Shown piece after piece: positions 13,908 through 26,155 of a DNA stretch of 64,000 nt (positions within the stretch are counted from its first letter, which is position 1; the number at the start of each line of letters is the position of its first letter). The notes under the pieces were generated by a model that was not told the DNA's origin, searched no databases, and saw only the letters and a list, made by a program, of their open reading frames with translations. Source of the stretch: the human T2T-CHM13v2.0 reference genome, Homo sapiens; the NCBI RefSeq assembly GCF_009914755.1, contig NC_060925.1, one strand, 5' to 3'. Position numbers and translations under genes: made by a program.

Positions 13908-14125
13908 CTTTTTTCTTCCAACTTTTATTTCTGGTTTGGGGGTACACGTGCAGGTTTGTTATGTGGGTAAATTGTGTGTCACTGGGGTTTGATGTACAAA
14001 TGATTTTGTCACCCAGGTAGTGAGCATAGTACCCAAAAGGTGGTTTTCCGATCCTCACCCTCCTCCCACCCTCCACCCCCAAGTAGGCCCAGTGTCTATT
14101 GTTCCTCATCTTTGTAGCCATGTGT
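13908..14125 (-). mobile_element. L1PA/PB 3' end
   Basis: ttccaacttttatt...ggggtacacgtgcaggtttgtta...ctcctcccaccctccacc. Confidence 0.85.
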
Positions 14126-14371
14126 TACAGCCTTCATTTGACCACATGAAATTGTGACTTTGAAAGGATGTGTCTAGATTAGTTCCTTGTAATCAACTAC
14201 AGATTAGTTACCTCTTTTTGAATGGCAGCTGCTTTTGCCTGATTAACATTTATTATAGTCAATAACTGCAGGAAAGACTGTACACATAACACACGGAGTT
14301 ATAGGATGTTGGTGATGTTGGTGTTGGAATGCACCTGTGTAGGATGGTAACTGTCTTTTGCATCATGGTAG

Positions 14372-14530
14372 GAGATTTGGAGACAGAGTCTTACCTAGTT
14401 CAAGCCTGTGGTCCCACCAACTATTAAACCAGTTTAGTAGCTTGACATCTTAGTCTATTTCCTCACCTATGAAATTCCTACCTCATGGGGTGATTATAGG
14501 GAGCAATTAAGAAGAAGGCGTGAAAATATT
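14372..14530 (+). mobile_element. MIR
   Basis: tttcctcacctatgaaattcctacctcatggggtgatt. Confidence 0.55.
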
Positions 14531-15326
14531 TTATGAACTATAAAGCAGGAATACCGGTATAAATTATCTATTTCAACCTTTTCATTTACCAGAGGAGAAA
14601 CCTGAGGCTGAGAGATTTGAAGCTTGTTTTGTTCAGAGTTTTCTAAATCCTAGTTTGATCTCTTTTGCTAAATCACACACTCTTGGACAACAGGGACTCA
14701 TTTTATTCTCACATCCCTCACAGCAGCTAACGTGAAAATGTTGTTCTTTATTAGAGACAGCTCCTATCTCAGGGATGCACTACAATTACTTTCCATGACT
14801 GGCCCTAGTTTAGGAAAGAATTCCAGGCCAAAGACCTATCTAGAACCCAAGGATTTAGGTGGAAACCACCAGGTATTTGATTCCAAGCTAATCTTTAACC
14901 TGAAGTGTCTTAATCATACTTAATAAATCCTTAGATGCAGTGGAAAGAACCTCGCTGGCATTTCGATGCCACACTCAATACAGGGGCATTTGAAAGGATA
15001 GAAGAGCTTTATTTCATAGGATTTCACTCGATTGAACTTGTCAAGAAAATTCAGAAGATGTTAGCTTAATCTACAAGTAATAAATCCATAGTGGACCGTT
15101 GATGCAATGAAGGTCGTCCATGTGCATTCCTTGAGTTGCAGGAAAATGCTCTTGATACAATTTTTCCTGCTTTCTCTAAAAACATGCATTGGAATGAATG
15201 TGAGAGGTAATGCTGGACTGAACACTGGCCGAAGTCATTATGAGGTAGTCTCTATTACAGCTTTAGAAATGATTGCGCCTATGAAGCACAGCCATTACTG
15301 GACTTTACATTTTAAGATATGAGCAC

Positions 15327-15606
15327 AGTCTGGGCACGGTGGCTCATGCCTGTAATTTCAGCACTTTGGGAGGCCAAGGTGAGAACTGCTTGAGGCCAGG
15401 AGTTAGAGACCAGCCTAGGCAACAGAGTAAAACCCCTTCTCTACACAGAAATAAAAAATCAGCCAGGCGTGGTGGCATGCCTGTAGTCCCAGCTACTCAG
15501 GAGGGTGAGGCGAGAGGGTTCCTTGAGCCCAGGAGTTCCAGGCTGCAGGAAGATGTGATTGTACCACTGCCTGTAACCTGGGTGACAGAGACCCGAGACC
15601 CTATCT

Positions 15607-15642
<36 letters not shown>
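15327..15642 (+). mobile_element. AluJ with long poly(A)
   Basis: Alu dimer; TSD atatg(a/g)gcaca. Confidence 0.9.

Positions 15643-15673
<31 letters not shown>
15643..15673. repeat. (TA)n microsatellite
   Basis: Direct reading. Confidence 0.95.
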
Positions 15674-15675
<2 letters not shown>

Positions 15676-16480
15676 GCACAAAAGGATGTAAAAGCAACAC
15701 CAACCTCAACATATATCAAGGTTTGCTAAATGACAGGACCTCTGCGGTGCATAACACTTGCTCCTCCGAGATCAGAAGCCCTGGGGGATCTTGGTGCTAG
15801 AGGACTTCCAAGCGCCCCTGCAGGAGGAAGGTGAGGCTCTGGGAGGCCCACCAAGTGCTGTTGTACTCAGAGGCTTTGCCGATTGTGGCTTCGTGGAAAG
15901 CAGAAGCGTGTGTTCTAGTATGGCTGATGTCGGGAGATGAGGTACACACGTGCTCTTCCCGGCCGAACCACTTTTCAAGAAGGAACAGGGGTGGGTGTTT
16001 CCAGCAGGTCAGGAGTATAGGATTTTCATCCACGTTCTTCGCAGCTCTTGAGGGCTCATCCAGCCACTTGTGCCCTGAAATATGCAGCACACCCCTTCTT
16101 GGGCCAGCACTGGGGTCACCTGCTTCCCACTTGCTGCTGTGTCTACCCAGTCAGGCAATAGTGTAAGATGCCACGATTAGACCAATTATGACGTGGAAGA
16201 GATTCTTAAGACCATGGGTTTTGTTTTCTCCTGTTTATAGGCGGTCAAAGGGATATTAGGTTATGTATCTTTATGCTTTTTGACAAATTATGAACACGGA
16301 AAAAAGAATCAATTTGTATATTCGGTCATGGACACACATTTTTCAAGGCTAGAGTGTTCAGGGTGAAATTCCAAAAGGGTAGTCACAGCTTATGAATATG
16401 GATGGGGCCGTGGTCTGAAGGGAACACCCAGACTTCACTAGGAAACTTCAAAAATACGTTCAATCTGGGCGTTTGCTTGG

Positions 16481-17252
<772 letters not shown>

Positions 17253-17911
17253 ACTGGTGAGCCTTCTGTTAACTGAAAAGCTTGGTAAGGAGAAGCGGGA
17301 TGGGGTCTACAGACCAAGGAGTCCCTGCAGAAACCTGCAGGACAGCAAGAACGTGGGCTTTTCATCTCACACAACAAACCCCGTTACCCTGCGGATCGGC
17401 CGGTCCATGCACAAGTCAGATTCTTTCATCTGGGTGCCACCACAGAATGAGAGGTTACTCATACTGCACCGCTGGTTTGCGATTGTCTCAGATTTCCCTA
17501 TTGTTATAGAATCATAATAAGTAGCACACCACAGCGACTCTCCATTGGTAGCTAGTCATTACAATTATGTAAGTCTCATACTGTTGAAACTGCAGAAATC
17601 ATTCCAAGCTGGGGGTGGGAGGGATGGAAGGAACGGGAGGGGAAGGAGAGACTTCACTGAATTTCATGTAGAAGGAAGTTCATCTTTGCTAGAGGCCTTT
17701 TGATCTGATAGAAGGAGATCTCACAGAACTGCCCCAGCAATAATTCTTACCTCATCTGGTAAAGATCTTCATAATGCATGCACTTGAATGCACTTTGGAC
17801 GTTGTAGAGCAGCATGTGAGTGTTTGCTGGTATCACGTTTTATCTGGTAGGCAGGACACAGTCAATGGGGATTCCGGAGCAGGGGAATGGGAAGATTTCT
17901 TTGCCTGAAAG

Positions 17912-18066
17912 CAGGAATTCTCAATTTTGGCTTCACACTAGAATTACTTGGGAGATTAAAAAAAAAAATCCTAATGCCTAAGCCACACCCCAGGCGAATT
18001 AAATGAGAATATCTGCAGGTGGGACCCAGGCCTTGGTTTGAACTTGGCCAAGTCCAAGAACCACAG
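17912..18066. mobile_element. MER5A-like (hAT-Charlie)
   Basis: ttctcaattttggcttcacactagaattacttgggag...ccacaccccagg...gaatatctg. Confidence 0.7.
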
Positions 18067-18212
18067 TGTTAAGGAAGAATTTATCTGGCACTGGCGTAAT
18101 AGGTACAGGGAAGAGAACAATGAATGTGTGTGGATAGATGAGTGATAGGCTGAGAGACAGGTGTTTGTTTCTTATGGCTGCCATCACAATTTACTACTAA
18201 CTATGTGGCTTT

Positions 18213-18750
18213 ATTTTTTATTTTTTATTTATTTTTTTTTGAGACTGAGTCTTGCTCTATCATCCAGGCTGGAGTGCAGCGGCACAATCTTGGCTCACTG
18301 CAACCTCCGCCTCCTAGGTTGAAGTGATTCTCCTGCCTCAGCCTCCTGAGTAGCTGGGATTACAGGTGCCCACCACCACACCCAGCTAATTTTTGTACTT
18401 TTAGTAGAGACAGGGTTTCACCATGTTGGCCAGGATGGTCTCGAACTCCTGACCTCAGGTGATCTGCCTGCCTCAGCCTCCCAAAGTGCTGGGATTACAG
18501 GCGTGAGCCACTGTGCCTGGCTCACTGCAACCTCTGCCTCCTGGGTTCAAGTGATGCTCATGCCTCAGCCTCCTGAGTAGCTGAGATTACAGGCACGCAT
18601 CACCACGCCTGGCTAATTTTTGTACTTTTAGTAGAGACAGGGTTTCACCATGTTGGTCAGGCTGGTCTTGAACTCCTGACCTCAGGTGACCCACCCGCCT
18701 CAGCCTCCCAAAGTGCTGGAATTACAGGCGTGAGCCACCGCCCCCAGCCT
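18213..18750 (-). mobile_element. AluSx-like with 227-bp internal tandem duplication
   Basis: One tail and one TSD (tgtggcttta) enclosing about 1.8 Alu lengths. Confidence 0.9.
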
Positions 18751-19021
18751 GTGGCTTTAAAAGCAACAAAAATGTATTCTCATAGTTCTGGAGACTGCAA
18801 GTCTGAAATCAAGGTGTCGGCCGTGCTGTGCTTCCTCTGAAGGCCCCAGGGAAGAGTCCTTCCTCGCCCTTCTGTTGGCTCCAGGTATTCCTTGGCTTCT
18901 GATGCATCCCTCCAATCTCTGCCTTGGGTCTCGCTGTGTCCTCTTCTTTTCTATAAGGACAAAAGCCATTGGGTTTAGAGTCTACCCCAATCCAGTAGGA
19001 TCTCATCTCAATCCTTAACTA

Positions 19022-19101
19022 CTATATGGGTGCAAAAGCAATTGTGGGTTTTGCCATTAAAAATCATAGCAATTTCTGCAATTACTTTTGCACCTATCTA
19101 A
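19022..19101. mobile_element. MADE1 (diverged), nested in MLT1
   Basis: gggtgcaaaagcaattgtgggttttgccatt...gcaattacttttgcacctatctaa. Confidence 0.85.
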
Positions 19102-19149
19102 TAATTACATCTTCAAAGACCCTATTTCCAAATAAGGTCACATTCTAAA

Positions 19150-19200
19150 TAGATAGACAGACAGACAGACAGATAACTAGCTAGCTAGATAAGATAGATA
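19150..19200. repeat. (TAGA)/(CAGA)n microsatellite
   Basis: Direct reading. Confidence 0.85.
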
Positions 19201-20344
19201 AATAAAAAGAAGAAAAGTGAAGTTGCAGAGGTAAAAGGTACATGCGGGCTCTTTCCTTGCTGAACCACTTCTGAAGAAGGAGCAGGTGCAGCATCCACGG
19301 CTGGTCAGCAGTGGAGGATTCTCATTCATGTTCTTTGCTTGGAGGAAAAAAAAGGAACAAGTGGAAAAGATGAAAACGGGCCAAGTCGAGAGAGGGAGGG
19401 ACGTGTCATACCTGCATGCATCCTTATACTGGAGGGGAGCCTCTCAAGAGCCAGACAAAATGAAAAAATGCTCAGGGACAAAGTCAACGATCAACCTGTA
19501 TGCGTGGGTTTTTCATAGAATAACAGCCTCCTCTTCTGAACTTACAGAATACCTTGTAAGTCATTTGTGCTTTCACAGCCACAGACATAAATGTAAACAG
19601 CACCTCTTGGGCCACCACCTGAGAGTAGATAAATTTAAGTTGCGAGCCTAATCAGACTGCTGCTGGGGGAGCCTTGTTCCTTCTCTACCGATCAAGCTGA
19701 TAATTTGGTCTGTATTTTTTGTTTTTATCTTTAGTAACATTTCTAGGCTCTAAAAGGAGGCTAGAAACAGCAGGTAAGATGCTGTGTGCCTTCAAGGGGA
19801 ATTTCTTAGTTACTAGTAATAGTTACTTACCATCCGTCCCCCTTTTTGATGTGGGTGAGAGGGGTTAGGTGGGGAGGTGGGGGGTGGTGGGAATGTGGCT
19901 ATTATCACCCAAGCAAGGGAGGAGTTATTTTCCCCTCCCAGGCAAAGCTTGGGTTGGGGGCAGAGCTGAGCATCCCTGCACAGGGGGTGAAACAGGTGGG
20001 AGAGAAGATTGCCTAGATGTAGATGCTTTTCACAGTCGTCTTGTGTGTTAGAGGTCTGCCCACATCCTGTCTCACTCAGCCACCCTCCCCAGACCTTGTT
20101 CCCTCAGGCTGAATTTTCACTTTCCTATGGGTTGAAGAAAAGAGCCAGGGAGTATGCAGGCTCCATGGTGAGCAGGCCAAGGGGGAAACAACAGCTACTG
20201 CTTTTTTTCATTTTAATGACAAAGAAAACAGATCGTTTTAGAAAGTCTGAGGCTGATACTCATCAATGATTTTATCCAAATCTCACACAATGAGAGGTTG
20301 GGGTCATGCTGGATTTGCTGCTCATGCACCAGAAATAAAACACC

Positions 20345-20495
20345 AGGTTCCTTGCTGACTGTGTGACCTCAAGCGGGCTTCTTAACTGCTATGTGCCTGA
20401 ATTTCCTCCTCTGCAGAGTGGAAACTTCCAGAGCTGTTGTTGGGATCATGTGAGAGGGCGTGTTTTGCATACTTAGTGCTGTGTGTGACACATGG
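20345..20495 (+). mobile_element. MIR
   Basis: ctgtgtgacctcaagcgggcttcttaactgctatgtgcctgaatttcctcctctgc. Confidence 0.7.
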
Positions 20496-21223
20496 CGACT
20501 TCTCCGTGAAGTTGACTGAACCTTGAGCGCCATTTTCTTTTACTCAACTCAAGTTCATGTGACTCAAGTTAAATGGAATCAGGACCCTCTTTTCCATTGT
20601 AAGAGCCAGTGGTAGATGAAAAGACATCAATCACCAATTTCATAAAGTGAATATCAAGCACATAAAATAAATGTTATCCTGCAAATCTGGAAACATTCCC
20701 TCCTTGACATATTGCCAAAAAATCAACTTTCCATATGTACATCACATCTCGTGTGAGAATGTCATATTTTAAGTAGATGTGATCTCATTTTATCATTAGT
20801 GAATTAATAAAATACTGAAAGGCTCATTGACCAGTTTTCCCCCATATTTGGGGATCTTTCTAAGGGAGGAGGGAAAGCAGCAAATAGATTCGAATCATTT
20901 AAAATTTTACAGCGTAGTGGACAGGTCACATTTAAAATAACCCAAACAAGTCAAACGTTATTATTTTGGAATTCATTTGAAATATCAAGCAATTCAGGCC
21001 TAGTTTATGATTTTTTTTTTTTTTTGGTTTGTGATTCTTACCGAACTCTTTGAAACACAGGACTCAGCCCTTTCATTCTTGGTTTCCTTATTTATATGCT
21101 TATGGTATATTATTAATATGTTTGCTTTCCTATTCTTTTATGTATTTATAAAATATAAACCTTTCTTTTAAAATTATTATATAATTTGCAAGTTTCGATA
21201 AATTGGAAAATTGAAATGTCCTC

Positions 21224-21552
<329 letters not shown>

Positions 21553-22832
21553 CTAATTCATTTCTAATTGAGATTTTACTGTGCTAACAGTCTTTAGTGT
21601 GATGAATTAGCATGCCTTTATCTTATAGAGGTATTTGTGAGGATTAGTTAATGAGTCATATATTTCATATGCTTAAGTCACTCCGAGGGAGTCATTTAGG
21701 TGTTTAGAAGCATATTAGTCACTAATTTTGGGACTCTGGAGACTTAGTCCATTTCTGCAGCACCACTGGCCCCGAGGAGTTAACATATCCCTCCATTGCT
21801 CATCTGAGAGCCTGGGCAATGACTTGAGACACTGGGGAGAAAAAAAGATTCCATATGAAAAGCAAAGACAGCAGCAGCCATGTCTATATTCAAGGCTGTG
21901 GCTGGGAGTTGTCTAATTAGATGACTCATCTGAGCCAGCCTGATGGTTTCCATCACCTTCACTAGGCTGCTCCCCACCGTCCATTAGGCTGCAAGGCGCT
22001 GCATCGCCAGGGAGGTTGACCCCACCTGCTTGTTCATGACGTGCTCCCTTTTGGTTCAAGCAACAGACATGGTTGGAAGCAAGACTAGAAGGCAGCCCTC
22101 AAGAATTACAAATGACAAAACTGAGGCCCAGGCCTGTCAGGCGACCTGTGCCAGGTCACACGGCTAGGAAGTGACAGCGATGGGAGTCAAACACAGGTCT
22201 CCCATGCATTTACCCCTGCCCCTGCCCCAGCCCCTCTCTGGAGGGAAGGGGACCGATTCCTCAGATAGGTCAGATTTGCAGGCCTCCTGGGGAGGGTTAC
22301 CCACCGCACACACTCCTGACGTGATTTCTTTGGGGGCAATTTGGGGTGCCTAGGATTTCCAAGCCAGGTTTCTCATCTTATTCCTCTGCATAGCAGTTTA
22401 GAACTCAATGCGCTGTATTGTATCTCCTCCCTGGGAGGTGGGGAGGTTGGTGGGGTTAAAACCGAAAGACACTGATGGGCCAAAAAGATGGAAAAAAAAA
22501 AAAAAAAAAAGGCTGTGTGGGCAATGCTGCCATCTAGTGAGACATACTTTAGCCAACCTAAGAAGCTGAGTGGTCCTGGTAGAATCCCACCGTAAAGTAT
22601 TTCGATGTCCTAAGCTTCATCAAAGGAGACAGGGCCATCTCCCTGTCAGTAGCGTGGTCTTTAACACAGTAGTGAAGGGTTAAATTCAGTGTCCTAACAT
22701 CTGTCCTTCAGAAAGGACCCGTGGCCTGAACAGATCTTCTGTGAGAATGGAGCTTGGTTTTGGCCTGGTAGAAAGACCACACAGATCTGCATGTGAGTGC
22801 TGGCTCACCTGCTTAGTAGCTGAGGAATGTTT

Positions 22833-23884
22833 GTTGTTGTTGTTTTAATTGTGGTAAAATATGCCTCATACAAAAAATGTGTCATCTGAATCATTTTTAA
22901 GTGTACAGTTCATCAAGCTTGTCCAACCCGCAGCCTGCAGTCTACATGAGGCCCAGGATGGCTTTGAACGCAGCCCAACACGAGTTCGTAAATTTTCTTA
23001 AAACATTGCGAGATTTTTTTGGTGTTTTCTTTTTGTTTTTTAACTCATCAGCTATCATTAGTGTCAGTGTTTTTTAAGTGTGGCCTAAGACAGTTCTTCT
23101 TCTTCCAATGTGGCCCAGGGAAGCCGAAAGATTGGACACCCCTGACTCTTCCATGGCATTAGGTACATTGACATGATGTGCAGCCATCACCACCATCCAT
23201 CCACCTCCAGAATACTCTGCATCTCCCCAAACTGCAACTCCGCACCCTTTCAACACTCACTGCCCATTCTCCCTCCCACCAGCCCCTGGCAAACACCATT
23301 CCACTTTGTTTCCGTGAATCTGACTGCTCTATGTACCTCATATAAGTGGGATCACACAGAACTTCTTCTCTGGTTATGGTCTGTTGCACTTGGCATAATG
23401 TCCTCAAGTTTCATCCGTATTGTGTCATATGTCAGAATTTCCTTCCTTTTAAGGGCTGAGTAGTATGCTGCTGTATGTATATACCACATTTTGTTTATCC
23501 ATTAATGTATCAACATTGAGTTGCTTCCATCTCTTGGTTCTTGTGAATAATTCTGCTGTGAACATGGGTATACACATGTTTCTTTGAAACCTTGCTCTCA
23601 ATTCTTTTGGATATATCCAGAAGTAGAACGGCTGGGTCAAATGGTGGTTCTGTTTTTAATTTGTTGGGGAGCCACCATACTGTTTTCCATAGTAGCGGCC
23701 CCATTTTACACTCCCACAAGAGTGCATACGGGTTCCAATTTCTCCATACCCTCCCCAGTACCTTTTTCCTCTTCACAGTAGCCATCCTAATGGGTGTGAG
23801 GTGGCATCTCATTGTGGTGTGGATCTGCGTTTCCCTCATCATGAGTGATGTTGAGCATCTTTTCATGTCTCTTGGCCATTGGTA
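22833..23884 (-). mobile_element. L1MB-like 3' portion including ORF2 C-terminal remnant
   Basis: ttaattgtggtaaaata...; ORF 23510..23866(-) MKRCSTSL...HLTPIRMA is the L1 ORF2 end; TSD agctgag(g/t)aat(g/a)ttt. Confidence 0.88.
22914..23144 (-). mobile_element. MER30 (hAT) nested in L1
   Basis: caagcttgtccaacccgc...gattggacacccctg termini. Confidence 0.88.
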
Positions 23885-24010
23885 AGCTGAGTAATATTTG
23901 GTAAATTACTTGACCACTCAAAGCCTCAATTTCCTCTTCCATAGAATGGGGATAGTATCTATCCCCTAGTATAGCATCTATGGCCTAAGATTGCTGTGAA
24001 GATTAAGTTC
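23885..24010 (+). mobile_element. MIR (3' part; 5' part at ~22760-22832)
   Basis: aaattacttgaccactcaaagcctcaatttcctcttccatagaatggggatag. Confidence 0.7.
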
Positions 24011-24067
24011 ATTATTCTAAAAGAAATAAATTGTTTTTGGTTCTGTACACTGTTCTAAGCACAGGTT

Positions 24068-24401
<334 letters not shown>

Positions 24402-24414
24402 AGCACTGGTTTTA

Positions 24415-24605
24415 AATTATATATGTATATTCTATATTGTATATATATAAATTATTTTTATGTGTGTCACAATTTTACTAAATATATACTTACATGTATT
24501 TATATATAAATTATTTTTAGTGAATATATATTTTATATATATACACACACACACATATATATATATGTATATGTATATATATATATACAGAGAGAGAGAG
24601 AGAGA
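24415..24605. repeat. AT-rich (TA)n/(CA)n/(GA)n low complexity
   Basis: Direct reading. Confidence 0.85.
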
Positions 24606-24739
24606 GGCAAACTCTGACCTGAGAAGCTCTATAAAGTCAACCCACACAGATTACTCACAGAGCATGGCTCTCTGCTTATTGCAGCCCGAAGGCAACACAT
24701 TTAAAGGTGAGGCAGACATACCTAAAATAATTAACATGC

Positions 24740-24879
24740 CCCTGAAAAACAGCAGTGGAATTGGTGAATTTAGAAAACCGAGGCATCCCTCACGTCTGAA
24801 CACGGTATCCCTGAAAAATAGCGGTGGAATTGGTGAATTTAGAAAACCGAGGCATCCCTCACGTCTGAACACGGTATCC
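24740..24879. repeat. Tandem duplication, 2 x 69 bp
   Basis: ccctgaaaaa...gaacacggtat starts at 24740 and 24809; 2 mismatches. Confidence 0.96.
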
Positions 24880-25720
24880 GTGTGTTTTTAGCAGTAATCT
24901 CATGATGAATATCCTGAACACAGCCTTCGTGCAGGGTCCACTCTCCAGCTTAGAGATTCATTCCCAGCCTACTTCAAAGGCAGCTGAGACTGTGTATTGG
25001 AGTTTCTGTTCAAGACAACGGTGTCTTGTTTTCCTCTAAAGACAGATTGTACTTTCTCATGTAAATAGCCTTTTTGATAGAATGCAGGTGCTTCCAGGGA
25101 TTAACTGCTGCTATTAGGCTAGGTGGCCCACTCTCTCCACCCTGTTCAAACAGCCAGTGCTTCATCATAGTTTATGTAACTGGCAACTTAGAAGCAGCAG
25201 CCTCTTTGATGAGTCCATTAGGAGGTAGGAGAAGGATTGGTAGCAGAGAAATGAAAGTTCTTGCACACAAATAATGAGTAGAAAGGATGAACGGTGGTTG
25301 CTGGTGCTTTCTGAACAAAATGAGGGCAAGGGGTGCTGTCCACTAATAAGTGTCATTTAGAGGCTTTATTCTTCTAGAAAAAGGGCTGCCCATCTGCTCT
25401 CCACTGAGAAGGTGATTTGCCGACTGTTCCTGAACGTGTGCCTGGGTTGCTAAAACTTGCGGAACGTGTATCAGCTGTTGAAATGGCCTTTCCTTTGGGA
25501 AAACTGTGCAGACAGCAAAGAGAGTACAAAACACGAAAATCTTAATTCCATTCCCTCTTCTGCCACTTTCAGTATGACCTCGGGCAGGTTTTCTACCTGC
25601 ACAGAGAAAAACTGAAGTCGCACGCTGCTCTTGGTTTTCTCAGCCTGGAGCAGATGCCTTTGAGCAGCTACCACTTCCCGTTCCCCTGACAGTGTGCTCC
25701 GGCTTTACGAGGCTGTTTTT

Positions 25721-25776
25721 CTCTCCACAGTCACCAAGTCCACTGTCTCTCCACAGTCACCAAGTCCACTGTCTCT
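25721..25776. repeat. Tandem duplication, 2 x 26 bp
   Basis: ctctccacagtcaccaagtccactgt twice, perfect. Confidence 0.95.
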
Positions 25777-25829
25777 CTCCACTTTGGGGGCCATCTGTGA
25801 ATATCACTAACTTAGCATTACAGTACCAA

Positions 25830-26155
25830 AAATAATAATTATAGCTACCACTTGTGTACTTACTATATGCCAGGCACTGTGCTGAGGGCTTTGTGTGTCT
25901 TAATGCATTCAAGCTTCATAACATTCCTATGAAGTAAATTATTCCCATTTTAATTAGTTAGTTAATTAATTCATCAAGACAGGATCTCTTTCTGTTGCCC
26001 AGCTGGATACTGTGGTGTGATGACAGCTCATCGCAGTCTCAAACTCCTGGGCTCAAGTGGTCCTCCCACTTTGACCTCCCACAGTGCTGGATTACAAGCA
26101 TGAACCGCCATGCCTGGCCCATTCTCATTTTAAAGATAAGGAAAATGAGGTACAA
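25830..26155 (-). mobile_element. MIR interrupted by a FLAM (~25975-26119)
   Basis: tatgccaggcactgtgctgagggcttt...; FLAM flanked by att(c/t)catttt-like TSD; MIR resumes gataaggaaaatgagg. Confidence 0.75.

Larger units (their letters stand above)
18160..19147 (-). mobile_element. MLT1C-like MaLR LTR, interrupted by Alu and MADE1
   Basis: ttatggctgccatcaca...catagttctggagactgcaagtctgaaatcaaggtgtcggc...gaccctatttccaaataaggtcacattct. Confidence 0.85.

Noticed and set aside
23510-23866. 118-aa minus-strand ORF
   Set aside because: Degenerate L1 ORF2 C-terminus within an old truncated L1.
24460-24891. 143-aa ORF with a repeated 23-aa peptide
   Set aside because: Produced by (TA)n low complexity plus the 69-bp duplication, whose length is divisible by 3.
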